NCBI GenBank assembly: GCA_964035545.1
Contig: OZ037768.1
Coordinates: 19,761,700-19,825,699, forward strand
DNA length: 64,000 nt
Direction: 5' to 3'
Source of the DNA: Bugula neritina
Taxonomy: Eukaryota; Animalia; Bryozoa
In this document: in pieces, positions 40,674 to 52,967 of the stretch
How positions within the stretch are numbered: the stretch's first letter is position 1
Layout: every line of letters starts with the position of its first letter
The notes under the pieces: generated by a model
Told to the model about the DNA's origin: nothing
The model's input: only the letters and a program-made list of their open reading frames with translations
The model's database searches: none
Program-made: the position numbers and the translations under genes

Positions 40674-43600
40674 ATGCTGTCAGATATGGAAAGCTCCACT
40701 TTTATATGTACGTCTGCAGAGAAACTAGGAAATAGTATGAAGTTCCCCCACAGTCCTCTCTCATCTCACAGTCACAGCAGTGAAGATGACGATACAAAGA
40801 CTTGCTTTCAACCAAAAGGTATAACATTTTCTTTGATTTAGTAAAACTCAACTGTGACTTGAATATTACCTCTTTGAACAATGTTTGAAATTTTACAAGC
40901 TTGTTATTAAGTTCGTACTCTGATAAAACTATAAGTTCAAGTTGAAACTTTATAAATTATAATTTTCAAATTACTCTTACAGTTTATTTCTTGTTGCTTT
41001 TTCTACATTCAGTCTAAAATGTTTTAGCTGCGCTTAAAATAATCACTACAACAGTATTCTTTGCTGAGGTTAGGCTTTTAACTAGCTGTTAAAATTTGAG
41101 AGAAATTTTATATTAATCAAACAGCAGTGTTTCTACAAACTTTTCAGCAAATTTTGCTAAAAAGTAATTATGTTGCATACTGTTTTTGTAGTTTTTCAAC
41201 TACTAAGGAAAAATAGTAGTCATAGTGATAGTGATTTTAACTAAATTTGTAACCAACTGCAACTAAATTTGGTTATTTCCTTCGGAAAAGAAGCTTGAGC
41301 AAATTAAAAATAACAGTGCATTCCAAATGTTTTCATCAATAATTTTCACCCTGTTGCTTAGACAGTCATGTAATTACACCCAATAAGTTTTATTAGTCAA
41401 TGGAATTTGTTCACCAGATTATATCTCTGACGACTTACTCTTATTGGTTTGCATGTAATAGTCATGACTAATATTTCATTCAGGTATTATATTGTGGAGA
41501 AGTACACATTAAACCAGTTCACCTGGGCATGACAGCTAAAATAACATTTTCATAAGTTATATGACCTGATTTTCTGTTTCGTAATGAATTGCTTAGATCA
41601 CTAACTGTTCTATAACTGAACACAAACAATAACTAATGTTTATTAATTGCTTAGAGTTATTCAATCATTACCTCACAGCTTAAAACTGTAACTATTTTCT
41701 CATAAACAGCTGAACAGGTAAACAAAATAATTCAACTGTTACTAGTCAGATTTTAATTAATTTATTTATTTGCAACATACAGTCTAATTAATTAGGTTTT
41801 CAATTGTTCCATCACCATCACATCTCTACGACACACATTGGTTACAAGTGCTGCAGTGTTATGTTTACTTTTGTTAATTAGTTTGACTTGAAAGCCACCA
41901 ACAATTTATCTGTGCCTTTCAAACTGTAAGCCATAAGATTATACACATCTAATCATCACCTGTTGCATTGTTTGAGAGGTGATAATTAAAATATCTGGCA
42001 AATATTTTGTTTCTGTATTTATAGCTATCTGCATAAACACTATTTTAGGTGACTTCCTTTTGTTCTAGTGTTTGCTGCAAGTTCTTTTGCAAACAGATCT
42101 GCAGCTTTTATAAATAGAAAGCTTCTGGTTTCACTGAACAGTTTTATTTAAATTAGACCACTACAACACAATGCTGCACCTGATTCCCTGTGACAAACAT
42201 GATACATACCATCTCATGCTACTAACTCTCTTTAAAGAATACTATAATAATTAATTAAAATATTGCTAGAAGTTAACAATAACAACTTTGTGTGTATCTA
42301 AAATCTCGGTGAATGCTATTGGTAAATAGAATCTAATGATCATCAGTTGATGTAAACAGTTGTGCCTTTTGATGTTGAAATACTGAGATTAGCTTATTTG
42401 ATGATCAGCCTTACAGCTGATGGCTGATATCTGCATGGCCAGGAAGTCCTTTATGATTTAAACAATTAGAATTATTGTACGGGGATAATGATTAATAGAA
42501 ATTGGTTTTATTGATTACAAGTTGCAGCTGCAGTCCCTCTTAGCTTTGATAAAACAGGAGGATATGATGTTTGAGTATATTTATTATCATGCTACAGCTT
42601 TATTACACTCAGGATTCGTGTTAATTACGTGTGATTATTAATAGTTAATAATTTACTGGTATAAATAAGGGTGTTCATTCAAAACTACAAAACTGTAACA
42701 TTTTGTACAAGTTTAATATTCAAAAGGTAAATGTTTTGTTTTACACAAATGAAATCTGATTGAAGAGTGTTACTATAAATTATTGAAAGAATGCAGGATG
42801 ACTCATACACAGGCCTTGGTATGTTGCCAGCAGTTCAGCTGTTAAAACAAATTTCTAGTTCAACTAGTACTTCCACCATTGTTCAAACCTTATACATTAT
42901 TACAGCCACTACTCTGGAACATTTCAAAACTTGACCTAAGTTTAATAGGTTTTTACATTTTAACATTTTCAAGGTATCCAAATATTATAACATGCCCATC
43001 ATCATTGTACAAGACAGACGTAATATTTATACCTGAAAACAACTGTGTGGTATATAATTTAAGAATTATTGTCAACTGTGTGCTGTGTAGCTGGCCGCGT
43101 TAGTATAACTGAATGTTTAGTTTTTATAAAAAAATAGGTTAATGCACTTTTAATTGGGATTAGGTATATTTTTCTTTGTGATAACATTGTGCCTAAGAGA
43201 ATATACAACATTATAAGGATTTAGTATGTGAGCACATATAGCACATATAGCATACTGTATAACACTATTCATATAGTTCGTGATGGAAAACTCAATATGT
43301 ATATCCACATTGTTTCTTATATTGAAATTATTATATTATCGCAGTTTATTTATATGCACTGTTCAATTGCCAATGACATGAAGTTGTATATACTTGATGT
43401 ATTTTTTCAGGAGACCTGAACTTGCAGGATGATAATATTAGAAGATATAGAACTGCTTTTACGAGAGAACAGCTTAACTTGTTGGAGAAAGAATTCCTCA
43501 AAGAAAACTATGTATCACGGCCCAAACGCTGTGAGCTGGCATCAAAACTGGGGCTACCAGAGAGCACAATAAAGGTGAGGATAACTACATATAATTCCAT

Positions 43601-44230
43601 TCTCTTTAAATTCAAACAAACATCAAAATAGTTTTTAGCAGTTTTTAATTACAATTCTATTTTTGATAAATAATTCAAAAAGTCAAAAATTGAGAATAGT
43701 GTTCAAAAAATCAAATATTATCAGCTGTATGGTTTCTGTCACAGGTCTGGTTTCAAAACAGAAGAATGAAAGACAAGCGACAGCGCATGACAGTAGCCTG
43801 GCCGTACGGACTAGCTGACCCTGGTCTATATGCCTATCTAATGACCGCGGCAGCACATGCCAACATGAGTGGCTACCCGTATCCCGCCCTACAGTCAGCG
43901 ATGCAAACTGCTGTCCCATCACCATTCACATCGTATTACAATGCTACAAGTGCAATAACCCCAACAGCTGCGAGACCTCAGCCACCCTACCCCACCTTCA
44001 ACCCCGCCTCACCAGTTAGAGAGGCTCTGCTACACAAATCAAACAGTTTCTTAGATACTATGTCTAGTCTATCGCAAGCTTCCATTCTTCAACAGACAAT
44101 CCATAAAAACAGCCAATTACAAAACAGTTTGCAAAGTCAAAACAGTTCTCGAGGATTCTTAATGACATCTAGTCCTCCGTCTGCAAATAGCAGTGTATTG
44201 TCATCACTTTTTCAGCCATATAAAGAATAA
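40674..44230 (+). CDS. Evx: Even-skipped homeobox transcription factor
   Basis: Exons 40674..40818, 43411..43574, 43745..44230. Homeodomain [46 protein letters not shown]|[14 protein letters not shown], then WPY..DP..YAYLM and C-terminal LFQPYK, all characteristic of Eve/Evx. Exon 1 is less certain but phase-compatible. Confidence 0.95.
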
Positions 44231-47200
44231 AATCTTATAATAAATTACATTATTGTAAATTTTGTTAAAATATATTTTCATTTTTAGACGGAGCAATAAA
44301 ACTGCCGTTTCACAGGATCTCTATAACTGCAATAAGTTAGCTACTTTATTTATTATAGTAAAATATCATCATTTTGTTATATAGAAAAGTTTAATAACTT
44401 TTTATTTTATCGTGACATTATGTGCTGGTCAACTTGTATATTCTGTAAAATAAATTCATAGTTTTATTTGCTAAAAGTACATTCTGAGTATTGATTCACA
44501 TATATTGACATTTATAAGCAAAACTAAATGGAGTGTATAATTAGAATAAATTTAATTAAAAAAAAGCATTTCGAATGCTTTTATTATTAATACAGTTGGT
44601 TAAATTAAAGTTTTGTCAAATTTTGCTGCTGTGAAATAAATAGCCTGATTTCTGAATTTGAACTCTTTACAAAAACATGTCTGATATTCTACTTTGAAAA
44701 AAGAAATTTTCTCTCTTATTACCAAATGTAGACATTGTGAGGTATTTCGTATTGCTACTAATTTGAAATTCAAACCAATCAAATTGCAAAATTTCAACTA
44801 ACTAAAATGGTAACCCTTTTAGTGACATATCTAACCAATACCAGCAATAGCTACTGCATGACTCACAGGGCAATAAGTAGAACATAAATTAGTTTTCTAA
44901 AAGTTGTGCCAAACTAAATACACTCTCAATAACTATTAATTAAGTAATCATTTGTTTTATGCACAATTTAGATTACTTATCCATTATAATAATACTTTTC
45001 ATTGTGAAATATCAACCATCACTATAATTCAATTTGGTTTCAATAAAATAAAATATCGTCTGAATCAATGTAAATTGGGATGTTGTATTCCTTATATGAA
45101 GTTTTTTCAACAACTGTAAAACTTACCATGCTAAGTAAAACATTGAAATATGCTTGTGTTTTGATGAAGCATTATTGAGATGAAAAATGGTGTAATCATC
45201 ATCTAACTTCAAATCTCAGAAAAAAAATTAAGCGAAATGTTTTCAAGAGTTAGTACAGTTTTTACTAAGTTAAATTTAAACAAAATTAATTTTGAGATTT
45301 ATTTAAAATTGAACATGAATATTTGAGCTATATGTAAACTTGAAAGCATAAATGTAGAAATTCCCATACAACCAGCTAAGTGAATTTACTGTTTTAGTAT
45401 CAACAAATTAGTTTACAGACAACAGCTATGAACTAGCCATATAATGAAATACATGAGCATACTTTACTAGAACTGAGTCCCATAACTGCTCTATAAAACA
45501 GAAATGCATAAACATCTACACTGTAAATGCACGACATGCAGAGAGGCCTCTTCTGTTTAGCCTAAATTTGTTATGCAACTTTTTATTAAAAAAACTACTT
45601 AATTTTCAACTTTGAAATCGTTGTTAAAAATGAAATTTTATCTATAAAAGTTGTCTTATAGCTCTGGAGAAGATCTGCTCTATAATGCACTGCAATCCAT
45701 GTGTTCATCTAGTGGCTCATCCACCTGGATTAATTCAGTACAGCAATAATCTGCATGATTCGTAAACAGCTTTCAGCCCAGCTGCCATGTGTTAACCTAT
45801 TTTATATGATCAGTCTGTATAATTGAGTATAATGATACGAAGCTATATTTTAATTGATCTAATAATAATATTCAATTTGCTTTTCAAAGCTGTAATTAAA
45901 TTCCTTATCATTAAGAGTCTCCATAGTAATTATAAATGATTATTTCAGATGGTTCAGGGTGACAATGTAATATGCATATATAGAGAAAAAAGCTTCATAA
46001 TAATTAGTTAGGAAACTACTTATGTAGTAGAGGTGAAACGATCATAAATGTTTTGAAACACAGCGCTCCCTCCATATCTCACTAAGCTGCGAAAATTTCA
46101 ATTCGTGACATAGTAGAATACCAGATTTAACTCACGAAACTGCTAAATTCTGCCATCTTGTCCCTATACACACATACATAAGCTCTATAGAATTTTGTAA
46201 AAAATGAAGGGAACACTGTATTTAAACCATGTATACCTTTATCAGTCAAGCATCATGATAATTCTACTAAGTGTGTCAGCACTAAAGCTGTGAGAGGCAG
46301 CGAAGATGTTATGATAGGCCATAAACATAAAACTGATTCTATATAGAAGAGACTTGGGACTAATTTGAGCTCAAAGGGCTACTAATTAAAACATAACTTG
46401 ATAGCTTTATTCTCACAGTCAGCTGTAATAAATTGACACTCGTGCTACCTAACTGCTGTCTAACTGCTGTCTAACTGCTGCCTAACTGCGTTCCCAATGT
46501 TTTCCAATTACAGTTTCTAACTAGCGTCAATGTATGTACAATAATACGGCACAGTATGTCCATAATATGTATTTCCTACCCTTATACATAGACAGCTATA
46601 GCCGTGTGTGTAATTCTCACTGATCGTTGAAAAAACTTTATTTGTTGAAAGGATAACACATTTTCATCAAGGTCTACGAATTAAGTTGCATTCATAAAAT
46701 AAAATATTTAACACTGGCATAGAAAAAGCTCCACAAACTATTACTTATATATATGAAATTTTAAAAATATTTGTTCCTTCAAATATATATTATAAATTCA
46801 GCAAAATAATTATAAAAAATTACCTTTTAAATAAACACATGCCTAAACCATCATGATGACTTATGCCATGCACTATTATCACACATACGGGTTGTTAATT
46901 GAAGCTATACCAGGCTGATCGCCACATAGTGTGCAGATTTCTTATTTCCAAGAGAGAGAGAAAATTGTAAACTTCTTCTAGCCTAAATATTTCATGCAAC
47001 GACATAGCCTGAGGGCCACATAGTCTCAGGTTTTAGCTTGGAATATGCAAGCCTGTGGTGGATTGTGTTGACCAATTATCTATTGATAATAATTGGTGCT
47101 GGTTTGTAATGATTGTAATTAAGCAATTAAAATATGGGGGTATACAGATAGTGACTGGGTGCTAAGTGCTGACTACATGTTAACCACTAATTACACTGGG

Positions 47201-48225
47201 ATTTACATATTTAATAAAATATGCTAGCATGTAATATTTATGACTCATGCGAGTTTCGCAGTTACCATGGCAACCTGCAATCCTGACTGTCAGCTGTACA
47301 GCAGCTACAATTATAAGAATGAAAAGGGAAAAAAATGCGTTTTAACAATGTAATTTTCAGTGGAAAAAATAACAGAACATTTTTTGTTATTAAGGCGTTG
47401 CTATAGCTACACATCTAATAACAGTGTGAGATATGCACTATTGACGTGTTTTGTACACACACTATAGATTTTATGAAATATGTGTTTTCATGAGACAGGC
47501 CTATCATGTAATGTATTATATAAGCCTATGCACTATTTTGCATGTAAATGCATAAAATGTTGTAATAATACAATATAATATAATGTAATATAGAATGATA
47601 GATTATTAGAATACATTATCATATATATTAATTCTAGTGCTATGTATAAACTGTATAAACTATGTGGTGATTTGATTTGTTATTCTATAATAAAATTAAC
47701 TGTAACTATAAAGCTTACTTTAAAAACACATAGCTTGAATTTTAAACACGGGTTATATGTATTATATTTATATATAAATTCTGCTGTTTTGAAATAACAT
47801 AAATTTTCTAGTTCTAGATGTTACCACTATTTTAGCGCTTGTGAAAAAGAGCCAAATAAAGAGTGATGTTTGCAAGCTTTTTTAAGAGTAAACTCAGCCC
47901 CAGTCTCACTTTGGCCACCTATTGTTATAAAACCCTAGCTGATGTGTTTGAAAGGAAAAACAGTTTTTCAAAAAATAAATACAAGGCTTCAATAAACTTT
48001 TAGCTAACAGTAAACTAGTATGTAATTGTGAGAAAGCAAAATATAACATAACATAACTTTCACTATAATGAAAAATAAGCTCAAAATTTGTGCATGTTTG
48101 AAAAAACAATATTTTTGTTTGCTTCTGTATAAAAAGTCATTCATGTTTTTCGAGTTTTGCTCGTAAAATGCTAGAAAAAAATAATTTCTTTATTAGCAGC
48201 ACTAGTAGTCTAAATTCTTCGAATC

Positions 48226-48639
48226 TGCGACATTTCGAAAATGACGATTGGAAAACACCTATTTGGAAAATGGAAAATTAAAAAATGGACAATTGGAAAA
48301 TAGACATTTGGAAAATGAAGAATATTCAACATGGTCTAGTTCAGAGGGGCTGCTTAGTATCTGGTTGGGTTCAAAATAGCTTTTTGTAAATGTGAGCAAT
48401 TTCCAATTAAAACTACTCGGTAACTAATTCTACTTCCATGACAGCCTAACTGATTCGGCCATTATATTTATTTTTAAAAGCTAATTTGGAATTGACCAGA
48501 TGCCGGACAACCCCTCAGGACTAGAACATGTTAAATAGTTTTAATTTTCCAAATGTCTCTTTTCCAATTGTCTATTTTCTAATTGTCCATTTTCCAAATA
48601 GGTGTTTTCCAATTGTCATTTTCGAAATGTTGTGTCACC
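48226..48639. mobile_element. Foldback-like TIR element (family D) copy 1
   Basis: ~120-bp inverted arms built from ~15-bp units (ggaaaatagacaatt-like); spacer shared with 63393-63882. Confidence 0.82.
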
Positions 48640-49997
48640 AAATTCTTCACTCTAGAAGTCTATTTTCAACTAATACAACAATCAAGTCTTTTCTAGCATA
48701 TTGCCTGATAAGATTATTGGTCAGTGTATTTCAACATGCTGTTCAGTGAAGCATGTTTAGTGACTCGCCCACCAATCAAATATCAGACCCAAGTCATAAT
48801 TACAATTTGTATTTCTAATAGATTTTTAAATATAATTGCTACGATCATTGATGTAAAACATACAAAAACAAACAAACAGATAATGAGCTATTTTGTAATT
48901 ATCATTTAAACATTCAAAGGTTGGATTTCAAGTCTAGACCCTTAACCAGAGAGGGTTTCATATTATATACAATAAATGGTAAGATGCTAAGGGCAAACAC
49001 TTCATACTTTGTGTTCGTACAATACACGCTTACAATACTGCGAGAGTCGATAATAATTATGCATGAATTTTCAACACTTGAAAATTGAAGAAATAGATGA
49101 TCACCAATTAGTAGTCTCCTTATGGTTTTGCTCTCTGAACTACCAGGCAACGTGGGTTAGCCACTAAAAGTATTTCCTTTAGGCTACAGAGTGCATAGGC
49201 TGCAGTATAGTATTTGCATCATAATTACCAAGGATCTTGTCAGAATAGCCCATAGTCAATAGTCTTGTAACAATAATGGTGTACTCTGTTATATTATACT
49301 GTATACATCTAGGGTTAGATATTCGCCACACTTGGGTGTATGCAGTATTCAGTGGTAAACATACATTGCAAGGCCCTAGGCGGGGATGTAGACTTAAACG
49401 CATTAAAATACTTGAAAAGTTGTACTTGAAAAAGCCTCCAGTTGCCCTATGGTTATATAGCCGCCTGCAATTTGGTAATTACCAATAATATGCATAAATT
49501 AAAATAAACAGCACTTATATTGTTAATTTTAATAAGAATTTATATGAAAAGTTGCAATCTATAATTTTTTCCAGCTTTTATAAATGCTAAAAAATTGCAT
49601 TGAGTGAATGTGCATTATGTGCTATTTAAATTTCTAAATACAGCCACTATGATATTATATAGTTCTGTATTAGTCTGCACACCAATGACATCATGATATA
49701 GTAGTTTATACTCCATTTATTTTGCTAATTTACTCTGTAAAACTATACATCATGGTGATATTACTTTATATGATATAATATTGTGTCTATTATATTATGC
49801 ATTTTTTCAACTTTCAGCCATTACTGATGGTATTTGTGTATACAACCAAGAAAAGCACTTTCAAGTCATACAAATATATAAGATGCAAATGATATCCTAG
49901 CCTTTAGAAAACTGATATATATTCATGATTCCTCTCATATTTTATTCCCTTGGCAGCAACAAACTTATAGCCTCAGTATTTATTTGAAATTAAGGAA

Positions 49998-50120
49998 GCA
50001 GCCGTGGTCTAGGGGTTAGAGCACTGGCTTAGTAAGAGCAAGATCAGTGGTTCGAATTCTAGTAAAGGCTGATGATGTTAGGAAAAGCGTTCTCCATCAT
50101 ACTTGTTTCTTTGCCACAAC
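49998..50120 (+). mobile_element. tRNA-derived SINE
   Basis: A box TGGTCTAGGGG, B box GGTTCGAATTC (50049), body gatgttaggaaaagcg..ttgtttctttgccac. Confidence 0.7.
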
Positions 50121-51293
50121 AAAAAAACAAGTCCCATGAATGGTTTTCACAACAATGGCGACTAAAAACCTACGTGAAGTTATTTATTTGAAATTGTCTT
50201 CCGCTGTGAAAATGCTTGTGTTGGTAGAAAAAATGATGCAATATCATTATTGTGTTTTTGTGGCCATAGTTAGAGAGGATTCCATGATGTACCTTAGTTG
50301 TCTCCTGTCAGAGTTAGTAGGCTATGTTATTCAGTCTAGCACTTGGTATATCAATAAGAATTTCTGAGTCAATGCCCCTCAGGAAGATATCAAACCATCA
50401 AATATAGAGAGGCATGGGGCAGAGATAGCTTCTTGCAACATCTTGCAAATACTTTAAATGAGCTTCTATTTTAAATAATCCAACAGAGTTTTGATTTTTG
50501 ACTTTTTCTTCCATTTTTGTTCATGCCTACTTATTTTATAGCCAGTATTTACACTGAATTTCGCAATGTGTTGTCATGTATGTGATATGCAATAAATCAA
50601 AAAATAAATAAATAAATAAAACTTATATGCAATAATTGTATCAGCATTTATTATGCCTATAATATATCTACCTATACATCATTTACTATATGTTCCATGG
50701 TTTACAATTTTGATACACTACACAAATGTTAGAGAAATGTTTTTAAGGACATATGCTACAAGCAGCGTTATTCAAATACGAGAATTTGCTTACTCATGAA
50801 GCTGCATCATCTTTCAAGCTTATATGCATACACATATGTTGCTGTGTTGTTCAGCAGTTAACAGTTGAAGAGGTCAAATATTGTCTATATAATTCTCATT
50901 TCATGCCATTGATGTCTAAGCAATTGAGCAAGCTATGTATGTATTTGCATAGAGAAGTTAAATCATAAACTCTGTTGTTTACAAATTCAGTCTTGAAGTG
51001 AAAATATACATGCACTCTATGAAAAGTTTCTTAACTCTTTGATAAATGCTACTTTTTTTCTATTAAATATATGAACCACAAAATTAAATAACTGTTAGGG
51101 TAGTGCAAAAATCTATTAGTAGATGATAGAAAGGAAAAGACACTGTATTTTGAATGGCCAGTGGTGTAACCTAATACAGCCAATCTATGACTGTCTGTTG
51201 TAGTATTCCCCCCTTGGCATTCTACACAACTCCACCCTGTGCATACAAATGGGAAAACAACTCCTAAATAAATAACTCAAGCATAACAAAAAT

Positions 51294-51591
51294 GTAGCAG
51301 TAGTTTTAGTAGCAGTGGTAGTATCATCAGCAGCAGTAGCAGCCGCAGCAGCAGTAGCAGCCGCAGCAGCAGTAGCAGCCGCAGCAGCAGTAGCAGCCGC
51401 AGCAGCAGTAGCAGCAGTAGTAATAGTAGTAATAGTAGTGGTAGTAGTAGTAGTAGTAGCAGTAGCAGCAGCAGTAGCAGCAGTAGTAATAGTAGTAATA
51501 GTAGTGGTAGTAGTAGTAGTAGTAGCAGTAGCAGCAGCAGTAGCAGCAGTAGTAATAGTAGTGGTAGTAGTATCAGTAGCAGTAGGAGTAT
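51294..51591. repeat. Compound (GCA/GTA)n microsatellite with higher-order duplication
   Basis: Trinucleotide tract; explains the poly-A/V ORF 51315..51593. Confidence 0.95.
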
Positions 51592-52621
51592 GAAATTATT
51601 ATTTTATAAATAAAGTATAGTGTAACAGCAGAAGTTCTAGCCTGTGAGTATAAGAGAAGACAACTTTAAGTTGCTAAACAATAGTCATATGCACAAATGC
51701 ATGTATACATGCCATATTGTATTGTGTATATTGGTTGTATAGCATATATCAGGCTCAGCTAAACCGGTGATCAATAATCGTTATTAAGAATAAAATCATA
51801 AATAAAATATTAATACTCATTGGAGTTGTATTCACCTGACAGCTTTGTGAAAGCGTACACATTATCTGAAGTAGAAAAGCCACATTATATCAATTTGACT
51901 TTTGCATTAGTCAATCAAATTTTCAATCGTAAATAAAGTAAAATGATTAAGATAATATAAGATTATATAACATGGTGGAGAATTTCAGAACTATAATTAT
52001 ACTACATCAATTAATAAGTACTAATGGTCGTTGCAACATGAAAGTTTTAAATAGGGCCATGCAACCCCGCTTGAAACTTTCATGTCTAGTAACATTTCCT
52101 TAGTATTAAAATAGCCAGAAATATTTTAGCTATTGGCTAAAATACAGCTTTAGGGTTGCATTAACTATATAGTTGGGTTTTATAGAAAACTTTGTGCACA
52201 CATGTCTTAACCTAATAAAAAATTGATTTTTTTTTACAATTTTATAGTGCTGCTTGCTATTTCATTGGTAAGATTAAATATACTGCCGGTGAGCTTATGA
52301 CACTAAAAAGTAATGAAGATGTAATACAATGCTGTTCAGTATAAAATTTGATTCTAAAAGCTTAGAAATTTGTATACTGAAATAATAAAATGTTTAATCA
52401 TTTATGCCATGACATTGAGTTATACACTAACTATTTTTTAGTTTGAAGTTTCAACCAGTACAACTACACTATAAAGTCATTATACATTCTTTTTTGCTTC
52501 CTGTGTGTTTTTGTACTTCATTGCAAATCAGATAACAACCATGTGTATATGGGTGGAACTATGTGTGAGGATATAATAGGTTTGAGTAGACTATACATTC
52601 TTTTGTGAGCTAAATCACACA

Positions 52622-52967
52622 TACCCCCTATTCACACTTACCGTTGACAAAATGTAACAGCTGCAGTGCCATTTTGTTTGTTCTGTTACGGCGTACGGTG
52701 CGGCAATGTGTGAACAGGGGGTTACCTTATCGCACGCAGTAACAGCAAATATCAGCCATTTTTAATGTGTCTGGGCTGAAATTTTCAAAGTCCTGCTATT
52801 AGGTACGATCTATGACACTTCATTGGACAATCATATCCAATGAATTAACGCAAAAGTTTTTCTGTCCAATAGGAGTTCGCCGCAACTTATTTGAATCAAG
52901 CAGTGCTTGATCCTACCATACCGCAACACCGTACAGGAAGCTCAGACATTTGTAAAAGTGGCTGATA
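52622..52967. mobile_element. Family C MITE: ~100-bp mini-element plus adjacent inverted body
   Basis: taccccctattcacacttaccg ... cggcaatgtgtgaacagggggtta (52622-52724), followed by the reverse complement of ~2740-2975. Confidence 0.78.

Noticed and set aside
49998-50070. tRNA gene (also 20685-20755)
   Set aside because: A and B boxes are present but there is no convincing acceptor stem or cloverleaf, and a shared non-tRNA body follows, indicating a SINE.
51315-51593. Ala/Val-rich ORF
   Set aside because: Compound trinucleotide microsatellite, non-ATG start, no splice context.
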